In this document: positions 8,005-16,647 of the stretch, in pieces
Position numbering within the stretch: position 1 is the stretch's first letter
How the letters are laid out: the number at the start of each line of letters is the position of its first letter
Assembly: GCA_964606845.1 (NCBI GenBank)
Contig: CAZSIC010000005.1
Coordinates: 1-61,237 of the forward strand
Direction of reading: 5' to 3'
Source of the DNA: an uncultured Bacteroidales bacterium
Lineage (GTDB): Bacteria > Bacteroidota > Bacteroidia > Bacteroidales > UBA12077
Length of the DNA stretch: 61,237 nucleotides
The notes under the pieces: generated by a model
The model's database searches: none
What the model saw: only the letters and a program-made list of their open reading frames with translations
What the model was told of the DNA's origin: nothing
Made by a program: the position numbers and the translations under genes

Positions 8005-9849
8005 CTAAATTATTTCACAATTCTGGCCTTCAATATATCTGCATACAGTAGCATGAAGTTCTTTAATATTTATAGGCTTTGAAATGTAATCATCGCAACC
8101 GGCTTTAAAACTTTTTTCTTTTTCTGATGACATGGTAAAAGCAGTTTGAACAATGATGGGTAAATCTTTATCTATTTGTTTTATTTGAGTAGTTGCTTCA
8201 ATACCATCCATTACAGGCATTCTAATATCCATTAAAATAACATCTATATTAGGATTTGATTTGCAAATTCTTACAGCTTCTTTTCCATTTTCGGCACGTA
8301 TAATTTGTGCTTTGGTTTTTTCAAGCGATTTTTCTAACAACATATAATTTGCATCATCATCTTCAGCAATAAGTATGGTTTTACCTTCCCAGTCGTATCC
8401 GGTTTTCGATTTAACAACTTCTTTATCAAAAGCAATTTTAAAACCTATTATTAGTATGTCATCTAATTGTTTTCTATCTCCTTTCCACTGTTCAAAAGTT
8501 TTTTCCAGAATATGTTTTTGTTCACTCAGCGGTTTTTGATGATTTTCGATGAGTAATTTTTTAAAATTACCGGTTAAAAATTTTCTGCCATCTTTTCCTC
8601 CAAACTGGTCGATAAATCCATCTGAAAATATGTAAATCAAGTCATCTTTTTTTAATGGAATGTCATGATTATAAAAAGATTCTTTTGCCCTACGATGAAT
8701 CCCAATGGGCATTCTGTCTGCTTTTATTTCGTCAAGCTCTCCGTTTCGAATAAGGTACAGAGGATTATTTGCACCGGCATATTCTAAACTCTTTTTGTTA
8801 TGATCTATAATACATAATGCAATATCAAGCCCGTCCCGGCTTTCTCCAACCGAACCTGTTTGCCGTAATGAACTTATAATGTGTATTCTTAATTCATTCA
8901 AAACTTCGTTCGCCCGGATTATTGGATTTTTGTTAACTATCTCATTTAAAAAAGTAATTCCTAACATACTCATTAAAGCTCCTGGAACTCCATGGCCTGT
9001 ACAATCTGCGGCAGCAATATAAATGCGGTCATCAATTTGTTTTGTCCAGTAAAAATCGCCGCTAACAATATCACGGGGTTTATAAAAAATAAAATGCTCT
9101 GAAAGGAGATGTTGAATAAAGCGATTAGGAGGAAGCACTGCCGATTGTATCCTCTTAGCATAAAGAATACTATCTTCGATTTTTTTGTTCTGTTTTCTTA
9201 CTAAATCATGCTGTTTCTTAATTTTATACTTTTGTTCTGCAATTTTATCACCTTGTTTCATGATAAAATCCAGATCTTTTTCCATTAATTCTTTTTGTTT
9301 GGCAATATCCTTTTTCTCTACGGCCAGCTGATCTCTTTGTTTTTGTATTTTTGTTCGTTGACTGGTAACTACATCACCTTGTTTAATGTAAAAATCTATA
9401 TCTCTTTTTAAATCATTAACTTGCTTTTGATAATCTTCAATTTCACTATTAAGTTTTTGTTCGGTTTTTTTCAATACTGATACATCTCTTGATACTATTA
9501 AATACCCTAATATCTGCCCTCTTTCTGATTTTATTTCTGAAACCTTTGCACTATAAAATGATTGATTTGCAGAGTTATTAGATATAAAGCTAAACTCTTG
9601 GGTAATGCTTGTATCTTTTAATTTTGATAAAGCTTTATCTAACTGAAAAGTAAAGTCTTCATTAAAAGTAAAATCTTTAAAATGCTTATTCAATGCTTCC
9701 TTGGGGTTAAAAAACAATTCGTGTTGATTGTCAGGGAATAAGATATCAATATATTGATCATCTGCATCTAATACAAATACAGGATCGGAAAGTGATGATA
9801 GTAACACTTTCTTTATTTTTTCATTGTTTTTTAATGCTTCGTTCTCCAT
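8005..9849 (-). CDS. PAS - coiled-coil - PP2C/SpoIIE Ser/Thr phosphatase - receiver (REC) fusion protein
   Basis: PP2C motifs 'SILYAKRIQSAVLP', 'AADCTGHGVPGA', 'FSDGFIDQFGG' and 'DDILIIGFKI'. The C-terminal REC has 'ILIAEDDD', 'VILMDIRMPVMDG' and 'ISKPI'. Confidence 0.9.
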   Translation of the reverse strand: MENEALKNNEKIKKVLLSSLSDPVFVLDADDQYIDILFPDNQHELFFNPKEALNKHFKDFTFNEDFTFQLDKALSKLKDTSITQEFSFISNNSANQSFYSAKVSEIKSERGQILGYLIVSRDVSVLKKTEQKLNSEIEDYQKQVNDLKRDIDFYIKQGDVVTSQRTKIQKQRDQLAVEKKDIAKQKELMEKDLDFIMKQGDKIAEQKYKIKKQHDLVRKQNKKIEDSILYAKRIQSAVLPPNRFIQHLLSEHFIFYKPRDIVSGDFYWTKQIDDRIYIAAADCTGHGVPGALMSMLGITFLNEIVNKNPIIRANEVLNELRIHIISSLRQTGSVGESRDGLDIALCIIDHNKKSLEYAGANNPLYLIRNGELDEIKADRMPIGIHRRAKESFYNHDIPLKKDDLIYIFSDGFIDQFGGKDGRKFLTGNFKKLLIENHQKPLSEQKHILEKTFEQWKGDRKQLDDILIIGFKIAFDKEVVKSKTGYDWEGKTILIAEDDDANYMLLEKSLEKTKAQIIRAENGKEAVRICKSNPNIDVILMDIRMPVMDGIEATTQIKQIDKDLPIIVQTAFTMSSEKEKSFKAGCDDYISKPINIKELHATVCRYIEGQNCEII

Positions 9850-9866
9850 GGTTAATTTACAATATG

Positions 9867-10238
9867 CTAATTAACAGTCAACAGTTTTTTTACCGATTCT
9901 AAAACTTTTTCAATGTCGATAGGTTTTAGAATAAAATCTTTTACTCCTGCATTTTTAGCTCTCATAATACTTTCATTATCATCTTTGGCTGTAATCATAA
10001 TTACAGGTATATTTTGGGTTGATTCGTTTTTATTGATATGATCTAAAACCATAAAACCATCCATATCAGGCATCATTATATCTAACAAAATGAGCGAAGG
10101 TTTTTCGATTTTTAAAATTTTCAGTGCTTCTTTTCCGCTATAAGCAAGTGTAGAGTCTATTCCTGCGGATTGCAATAAGCTTTCTAAAAGCACATTGTTT
10201 GTTAATGAATCATCAATGATTAATACTTTGTCCGGCAT
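9867..10238 (-). CDS. Stand-alone CheY-like response-regulator receiver protein
   Basis: 'VLIIDDS', 'LILLDIMMPDMDG', 'ITAKDD' and 'LKPI'. There is no output domain. Confidence 0.9.
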   Translation of the reverse strand: MPDKVLIIDDSLTNNVLLESLLQSAGIDSTLAYSGKEALKILKIEKPSLILLDIMMPDMDGFMVLDHINKNESTQNIPVIMITAKDDNESIMRAKNAGVKDFILKPIDIEKVLESVKKLLTVN

Positions 10239-10250
10239 AACATAGTAGAT

Positions 10251-11330
10251 TTACCGTTTGTTTATATAATTCAATAATTTTCTTTTGCTACTTTCAAAAC
10301 CCATCGCCTGGCTTACAATGCTATAGTAATTGTTTGTATCTTTTGTAAAGTCATAACCAAGCATTGCTATTTCAAGCCTTGAGTTTTCATAATCAAATAA
10401 TTCTACAATTCCCTTTATTTGGGTTGCGCTTAAACATTTTTTATCTTCAATAATATTTTTTGCCAACTTGAGTTTTGTAGAATTATAACTTTCTTTTTTT
10501 AAGCTGTTAAGTATTGTATTGTACTCGTTATTATTTACGGTGCATTCTGAAGATGAACTCTGGTTATTGCTTGCTGATTGCCCCCTTGCTAAGAAGTCGG
10601 CAAAATTGCTACGGCTTCTGGGAGTTGAAAAAATTTGCTGCATTTCAATGTACTGGTCAATATCATATACTGACTGTAAACCGGATTTTGCAAATTCATA
10701 TTTGTTATTTTCCGATGGAAATAATGATCCCATTTTCATTAAATAGGCGGTGGGTATGCAATTATTTTGAATTAATGTTTTGGCTTTGGAAAGTTTTGTT
10801 TCTTCGTCACCGGCTGTGTTTATCTGATTTACGATATAGTTGAAATGACGTTCTGAAATATAGCGGTCACAATTTTCTTGTCCCCGGTAATTTGTAAAAT
10901 CGGGATAATTATAATTGGGGAAATTGATTGAAGTTGTTTCTTCCATAACAACTTCCTGACTTTGTTCTTCAGTATTATTATTTATAAAATCGTGCAATCT
11001 GAAAACTGACGAATAATAAATAAATGCATCATATACTTCGTAAAAATTTTCTTTATCGGTAGTATTATTATAGGCTGCTTTGGCAAATTGTAAGCGTGTA
11101 TTATCGTTTTCAAATAATAAAGCAATTTCTTTAATTTGCTCGCTTGAAAAACAAAATGATTTTACAATTTGAGTTGAGCGTTGAAGTTTTGAATTATCTG
11201 TTGTTCTACCTTGTATTTGCTGATATCGTTGTTGGAAATGCTGGGCAGATAAAGGTTTATTACAGTTGGTTTGTGCAAATACAAACGTTGCAACTGCTGT
11301 TAGAAATGTTAAAACAACAATCTTTTTCAT
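10251..11330 (-). CDS. Exported protein with three DUF4476-like repeats
   Basis: Signal peptide 'TAVATFVFAQ'. Three ~95-aa repeats each carry two Cys and an 'F..dN.RLeFAk.aY'-type core ('LFENDNTRLQFAKAAY', 'LFPSENNKYEFAKSGL', 'LFDYENSRLEIAMLGY'). Confidence 0.7.
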   Translation of the reverse strand: MKKIVVLTFLTAVATFVFAQTNCNKPLSAQHFQQRYQQIQGRTTDNSKLQRSTQIVKSFCFSSEQIKEIALLFENDNTRLQFAKAAYNNTTDKENFYEVYDAFIYYSSVFRLHDFINNNTEEQSQEVVMEETTSINFPNYNYPDFTNYRGQENCDRYISERHFNYIVNQINTAGDEETKLSKAKTLIQNNCIPTAYLMKMGSLFPSENNKYEFAKSGLQSVYDIDQYIEMQQIFSTPRSRSNFADFLARGQSASNNQSSSSECTVNNNEYNTILNSLKKESYNSTKLKLAKNIIEDKKCLSATQIKGIVELFDYENSRLEIAMLGYDFTKDTNNYYSIVSQAMGFESSKRKLLNYINKR

Positions 11331-11393
11331 TTTTAAAATATAAATGATAATTAATATAAAAGCTTTTCAGATAAATTATTGGTTATAAAAAGC

Positions 11394-11762
11394 TTACAGT
11401 TCTTCGTATTCTATGTATTTGAAGGGTATGCCAATAATAGACTCAAAATATTGCCCCGATTCTAAAACGTCTAAATCACCTTCTTCGTAAAACCAGTTTA
11501 CCAGAATATTTTTGTTTTCTGGATTATTTTCCAGTAGCCTGAGCATTTCTAAAATAAATTTTGACGAACTGGTATTGAAATATTCAAGTTTTATGTCTAC
11601 ACGTATTTCACCAGCTGTAAATTCTTTGGTCCAATCAAGAATGGGCTTGAAAAAACTAGCGGCATCTTCTGGTATTGAACGCCCCTCGATTTTTAATACA
11701 CCATTGGTACTTAATGCTACAGAAGGAGTTTTCTCAGTTTCTTTTATTATCAAGTCTTTCAT
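11394..11762 (-). CDS. DUF1987 / SiaC-like regulatory (phospho)protein
   Basis: 122 aa. 'TPSVALSTNGVLKIEGRSIPEDAASFFKPILDW' and 'LEYFNTSSSKFILEML' match the DUF1987 pattern as I recall it. Confidence 0.7.
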   Translation of the reverse strand: MKDLIIKETEKTPSVALSTNGVLKIEGRSIPEDAASFFKPILDWTKEFTAGEIRVDIKLEYFNTSSSKFILEMLRLLENNPENKNILVNWFYEEGDLDVLESGQYFESIIGIPFKYIEYEEL

Positions 11763-11981
11763 ATGCTAATCTAAAATTTTACCCAATTTATAAAAATTTC
11801 TCTAACTAAAAGTGAAAATCAACACTAATTTACGATTAATTTAAATACAAATGCAAAGAAAATTGACTGAATATTAAAAATCATACATAATATTACGTTT
11901 TTTATAAAGAAAAAATATAATAAAAATTAATTTTGTCCTTTCTTTAAACAGATTTTAGTGTTTTATGTTTATTATAACAGA

Positions 11982-13028
11982 ATGAAAAAGAGATTATTTT
12001 ATAAAGGTATTGGATTATTATTACTGGCGGCTATTTCTGCCATAAGTGTTATCAGCATAAGGACATACAATCGTATTTACAAACCAAATGTACTTGTAGC
12101 TGATTCTTCGTATAAATATTTATATATTCCTACCGGCTCAGATTTTGGGGATGTTAAAAGAATTATTGCAGAAAATAATATTTTAGAAAATACTTCATCA
12201 TTTATTTGGTTAGCCGAAAAGAAAAATTACCCTAATCATGTTTATCCAGGACGATATGCATTAAAACATGAAATGAACAATAATGAAATCGTAAATTTAC
12301 TTCGTTCGGGTTATCAGGAACCGGTAAATGTTATTTTTAATAGTATTAGATCCTCTCAACAGCTTGCCGGCCGCATATCACAACAAATTCAAGCCGATTC
12401 TTTATCATTGCTGGCAACTTTTAATAATGATAGCTTAATAAAAGAATATGGTTTTAAACCCGAAACGTTTACATGTATATTCATTCCCAATACTTACGAA
12501 TTTTGGTGGAATACAACAGCTGAAGGATTTGTACAGCGAATGTATAAGGAATATCAACGATTCTGGAATGAACAGCGACTGACCAAAGCCAAAGCGTTAA
12601 ATTTAACACCTGAAGAAGTTATTACCTTAGCTTCGATTGTTGACGAAGAAACCCTTTTTAATAGCGAGATGCAAAGAGTAGCAGGAGTATACATTAACCG
12701 TTTGCGAAAAAGGATGCATCTGCAAGCTGATCCAACGTTGAAATTTGCCTTAGGAGATTTTTCTATTAAACGTGTTTTAACGGTTCATAAAAAAATCGAT
12801 TCACCCTATAATACTTATAGACGATACGGATTGCCTCCCGGGCCTATTTCAATACCTTCTATTGCAGCCATTGATGCAGTATTGAATTATGAGCAGCATG
12901 ATTATTTGTATTTTTGTGCCAAACCTGATTTTTCGGGTTATCACAATTTCTCTAAAACCCTTTCACAACATAATATCAATGCCCGCAAATATCAACGGGC
13001 ATTGAACAAAGAAAAGATATGGAGATAA
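11982..13028 (+). CDS. mltG: Endolytic murein transglycosylase MltG (YceG-like)
   Basis: N-terminal TM anchor, then 'ASIVDEE', 'VYINRL...MHLQADPT' and 'YNTY...GLPPGPI..P' motifs. The ATG at 11982 is preferred over the listed GTG at 11958. Confidence 0.9.
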   Translation: MKKRLFYKGIGLLLLAAISAISVISIRTYNRIYKPNVLVADSSYKYLYIPTGSDFGDVKRIIAENNILENTSSFIWLAEKKNYPNHVYPGRYALKHEMNNNEIVNLLRSGYQEPVNVIFNSIRSSQQLAGRISQQIQADSLSLLATFNNDSLIKEYGFKPETFTCIFIPNTYEFWWNTTAEGFVQRMYKEYQRFWNEQRLTKAKALNLTPEEVITLASIVDEETLFNSEMQRVAGVYINRLRKRMHLQADPTLKFALGDFSIKRVLTVHKKIDSPYNTYRRYGLPPGPISIPSIAAIDAVLNYEQHDYLYFCAKPDFSGYHNFSKTLSQHNINARKYQRALNKEKIWR

Positions 13029-13030
13029 TA

Positions 13031-13855
13031 CTACTGGTTGTTTAATTTAAAAACAACGGGAAATGTTTGTATTACATTTACTTTATGGCCGCGTTGTTTA
13101 CCGGGTTTCCACCTGGGCGAGCTGTAAATAATACGTAAAGCTTCCTGGTCTAAAGCAGGATGAAGACCTCGCATTACCTTAGCATCTTTTACATAGCCGT
13201 TTTTGTTAATTGTAAATTGCACTATAACCCTACCTTCAATTTTGTGCTCTTTTGCTTCTGACGGATATCTATGCTCATGTTTAATATAATCATTAAAATC
13301 TGTGAAAGTCACTCCATCTTCCTTGTAGTGAAATTCAGGCATCTCTTCAACAACAAAAAACAATTCATCTTCTACTGGTGTAGATTGCTTTTTTTTCTCT
13401 TGTTTTTTTGCCGTGAATGCAATAACTTCTTCTTCTTCTTTATCGTCTTTTTCCTCCAGAGCTAATAATAGCGTAGTATTTATTTTTTTATCGGTATTGT
13501 TTTTTATTTCCAGATGATATACTCCGCTTTCTGAAAATTTGTATTTTTTTGCTACAATCCTATTTTTGCTAACATTTGTATTTAAAGGAGATACCAGTGT
13601 GTTTCCTTTTTTATCATACAAATGAAATGTAATATCGTTAACCGGGAAAGAAGAAATTTCATACATGTCGTTTTTTGACAGAACCACTGAAAATCTCTCC
13701 ATACCTTCCGATGCAAGGGGTGTCTTAAAATCTTTTAAATACTTGTTTTTTGTGTTTTCTAATAACATATTTAATATTTCGTTATTATCTTGCGCTTTTG
13801 TTTCTGGTTGAGAAAATAACAAGAGTAAACTTATACAGAAAATTATTTTTTTCAT
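13031..13855 (-). CDS. Secreted protein with C-terminal TonB domain and Lys/Glu-rich linker
   Basis: Cleavable-looking signal peptide and linker 'EEKDDKEEEEV..KKQEKKKQ'. TonB_C motif 'YPSEAKEHKIEGRVIVQFTINKNGYV.DAKV......LDQEALRII...RWKPG.QRG'. Confidence 0.8.
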   Translation of the reverse strand: MKKIIFCISLLLLFSQPETKAQDNNEILNMLLENTKNKYLKDFKTPLASEGMERFSVVLSKNDMYEISSFPVNDITFHLYDKKGNTLVSPLNTNVSKNRIVAKKYKFSESGVYHLEIKNNTDKKINTTLLLALEEKDDKEEEEVIAFTAKKQEKKKQSTPVEDELFFVVEEMPEFHYKEDGVTFTDFNDYIKHEHRYPSEAKEHKIEGRVIVQFTINKNGYVKDAKVMRGLHPALDQEALRIIYSSPRWKPGKQRGHKVNVIQTFPVVFKLNNQ

Positions 13856-13867
13856 GTCTTTACATTT

Positions 13868-14818
13868 TTAGTTTATGATTAATTTATTTCCATTACCGGT
13901 AATGTTACAGTTATAATTGGCCATTATTTTATCTAAAACTTCATCGATGGCAGGGTTGTTAAAGGTTGCTGTAAAATGTTTCTTTTTTAAAGAATCGTTT
14001 TTAATAGTAAAAGGTATATCATAATAATTACTCAGTATATCGATCACATCAGAAAGTGGTTGATTGTCGAAATGAAGGATGCCGGTTTTCCAGGCCATAT
14101 AATTATAATTATGGATATTATCTTTAGCTAAAAATCCTGCTTTAGTAATAAAATTAATCTTTTCTCCCTTATGAATGGTTAATTTTTGTGATTTTGCAGT
14201 AAATGGAATATTACATTGTATATCCCCCGCTGAAACATGAGCTACCATCTGATCATCCCGATAATTTGTGTTGATATGAAATTCTGCAGAGGAGGTTTTA
14301 AATTCCATTCCTTCTGCGATAAAAGTATATTCTTTGGTATTATCTTCTTTGATTTTTATCAATGCTTCTCCTTTAAGATAGAAAGGTGTGCGGCGGTTAG
14401 ATCCTCTGGGAATTTTTACTGTACTGTTGGAATTTAACCAGATACTAATTTGAGGGTTAACATGTAAAGTAATTCTTTCTCCGGCATCTATACTAATAAT
14501 AGAGTATTCGGGTTCTTTAGTTGTATCTAAAAGTTTTAAGGTGGTTAATACAACAATAGCTGTAATAACGATAGTGTAAACTGGTTTTAGAATAATAGTA
14601 AGATTGGTATGTTTAATGAAATTTTTGAAATTAAGAATTGAAATTTTTGATTGATTAATATGTTTGTTTATCGATTGATAGGCCTGCAATATATCGGTTT
14701 CTTTTTTTTCAAAATCAATTGAATCAAATTCCAGCTTATGATTTTTTAAGATTTCATCAACATTGAAATCTTGCCTGTTGTTTGGATTGTTTTTTGATAT
14801 GTTGTTTTTTCTTTTCAT
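13868..14818 (-). CDS. FecR-family anti-sigma factor / transmembrane sensor
   Basis: One central TM helix, a FecR domain, and a C-terminal 'ILHFDNQPLSDVIDILSNYYDIPFTI' (DUF4974-like) region. It lies 26 nt downstream of the ECF sigma gene. Confidence 0.85.
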   Translation of the reverse strand: MKRKNNISKNNPNNRQDFNVDEILKNHKLEFDSIDFEKKETDILQAYQSINKHINQSKISILNFKNFIKHTNLTIILKPVYTIVITAIVVLTTLKLLDTTKEPEYSIISIDAGERITLHVNPQISIWLNSNSTVKIPRGSNRRTPFYLKGEALIKIKEDNTKEYTFIAEGMEFKTSSAEFHINTNYRDDQMVAHVSAGDIQCNIPFTAKSQKLTIHKGEKINFITKAGFLAKDNIHNYNYMAWKTGILHFDNQPLSDVIDILSNYYDIPFTIKNDSLKKKHFTATFNNPAIDEVLDKIMANYNCNITGNGNKLIIN

Positions 14819-14844
14819 TCTGTTTTATTAACGTTTGTTAAAAT

Positions 14845-15402
14845 TCAATCCCCTAAATTTATCAACTGGTTTTTAAAAGGTTCGAGATGTTTTCGCATCT
14901 TTTTATAGGCAATGATTAATTGATTTTCGACCGTTTTTGGAGATATTTTTAGATATTCAGCAATTTCATTAACTGTTAGTCCTTCCTTTTTTGCCATGCG
15001 AAATATTTTTTGTGCTTTATCGGGTAATTGTTCTATGGCAGATTCAATAATTGCTTTTACTCTTTCCTGGTCGGCTGAATGATTGTTTGAATTTGTTTCG
15101 AGCACAACCAGCTTTTCATGCTTTGTGCGTGTGTTATCTTTTCTGATTTGATCAATTATTTCGTTGCGGGTATAGGTAAATAAAAGCTTCCCAATATTTT
15201 CACAATCATTTAGCGACTGGTTATTATTCCATATTTTTATAAATGTGTTTTGAACAGATTCCTGAGCTATTACTGCTGAATGGCAGTAGTTTAATGCAAA
15301 AAGGTATAATGGTTTGTAGTATTTAAAAAATAATTGATCAAAAGCAGTTTTATTTCCTTTACTTATTTTTTGGATTAGGATATGTTCGGGATTATTACTC
15401 AT
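14845..15402 (-). CDS. ECF-type RNA polymerase sigma-70 family factor
   Basis: Region 2 ('FDQLFFKYYKPLYLFA...AQESVQNTFIKIW') and region 4 HTH ('GLTVNEIAEYLKISPKTVENQ'). Confidence 0.9.
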   Translation of the reverse strand: MSNNPEHILIQKISKGNKTAFDQLFFKYYKPLYLFALNYCHSAVIAQESVQNTFIKIWNNNQSLNDCENIGKLLFTYTRNEIIDQIRKDNTRTKHEKLVVLETNSNNHSADQERVKAIIESAIEQLPDKAQKIFRMAKKEGLTVNEIAEYLKISPKTVENQLIIAYKKMRKHLEPFKNQLINLGD

Positions 15403-15457
15403 TCATTTTTTATTGAAGAGACGTATCAAAAAAAGAATGCCCCTAAAGAATCTGATA

Positions 15458-16570
15458 TTAAAAATTTAATCCTGCTTTTGTATAAATATCAATTAATGTT
15501 TTTTCTTCTTTCTCCCAACATAGCTCTTTAGCAGCTTTTATGGTATTATTTTTCCATTTTTGATACCGATTTTTTAACTCAAAAATTTCGTTTACTTTTT
15601 TTGCTAATATTTGTGGATCTTTATGATCGTAAACTGTTCCGATTTTATATTTGTTAACTATTTTTTGCATCTCAGGAAAAGGAGATACAAGAACAGGAAC
15701 ACCTGCTTGTATATAATCGAAAAGTTTGTTGGGTAATGCATAATAGTAATTAAGGCCTATATTTTCTTCCAGGGCTATTCCTAAATCGGCTTGTTTTGTT
15801 TCGGCAGATAAATTTTGAAATGGTATCCGCCCTTTTATTTCAACTTTTTGATTTAAAGCTTTATCTTTTATTTGTTGTTTCAATTTATTCGTAATATCTC
15901 CGTCGCCAATTATTTTTAATTGGGCGTTATCAATATATTGCATGGCATCTATCATTTGTTCCAAACCCCGGCCAACATTTAATGAACCTTGATACAAAAT
16001 ATGTTTTTCACCGTTTTTAGTTCTTTCTAAATCGTCCGGATTGGTATTGCAGATGGGTAGGTTTCTCACTATACCCATATGTATTTTGTACATTTTTTCA
16101 TAGGTTTTGGCTATCGACTCAGAAACTGTATAGGAGAATTTTATTCGTGGCAAAATTAATTGCTCAATAGTTAACCATACTTTTCGTGGGAATTTTCTGT
16201 TAACTAATTCAGGTACTTCAGTAAAAAATTCATGGCTGTCGTAAACAATTTTTTTTCTTCGGAAAAAGCTTGCAAAATAACTTGCAGGAATTGTATCCAG
16301 GTCATTTGCAACAATAATATCAAATTTTCGGAAAAGTAAGAAAAAAAATAATCGAATATTATATTCGGCATAAAAGAAAAAACCTTTCTTGAACAGCATT
16401 TTAAACCGATGAGTTTTATATGGCCTTTCATTAACCGGGTCGCAATGGTGTTTTTTAGCTCCCAGTAAAATGATTTCTGCCTCAGATTTTAATAACGTTA
16501 GAGCAACTTTGTGTACCCTGTTATCTGTTATTAAATCATTTGTAACGGCTATATAAACTCTTTTTCCCAT
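15458..16570 (-). CDS. Glycosyltransferase, GT4 (GT-B fold) family
   Basis: C-terminal 'LE.....NYYYALPNKLFDYIQAGVPVLVS' (E-x7-E-like) motif and an overall GT1/GT4 layout. Confidence 0.85.
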   Translation of the reverse strand: MGKRVYIAVTNDLITDNRVHKVALTLLKSEAEIILLGAKKHHCDPVNERPYKTHRFKMLFKKGFFFYAEYNIRLFFFLLFRKFDIIVANDLDTIPASYFASFFRRKKIVYDSHEFFTEVPELVNRKFPRKVWLTIEQLILPRIKFSYTVSESIAKTYEKMYKIHMGIVRNLPICNTNPDDLERTKNGEKHILYQGSLNVGRGLEQMIDAMQYIDNAQLKIIGDGDITNKLKQQIKDKALNQKVEIKGRIPFQNLSAETKQADLGIALEENIGLNYYYALPNKLFDYIQAGVPVLVSPFPEMQKIVNKYKIGTVYDHKDPQILAKKVNEIFELKNRYQKWKNNTIKAAKELCWEKEEKTLIDIYTKAGLNF

Positions 16571-16620
16571 ACCCTTTAATTATATATGCGGGTTTTTAAT
16601 AAAAATAAATAATCAATACT

Positions 16621-16628
16621 TATCTTTG
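16621..16628 (+). promoter_or_regulatory. Candidate Bacteroidota sigma-A -7 box (TAnnTTTG) for murB
   Basis: TATCTTTG is an exact match to TAnnTTTG, 20 nt upstream of the murB ATG. I did not see a clear -33 TTTG. Confidence 0.3.
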
Positions 16629-16647
16629 GACTATAAAATAACAACAT

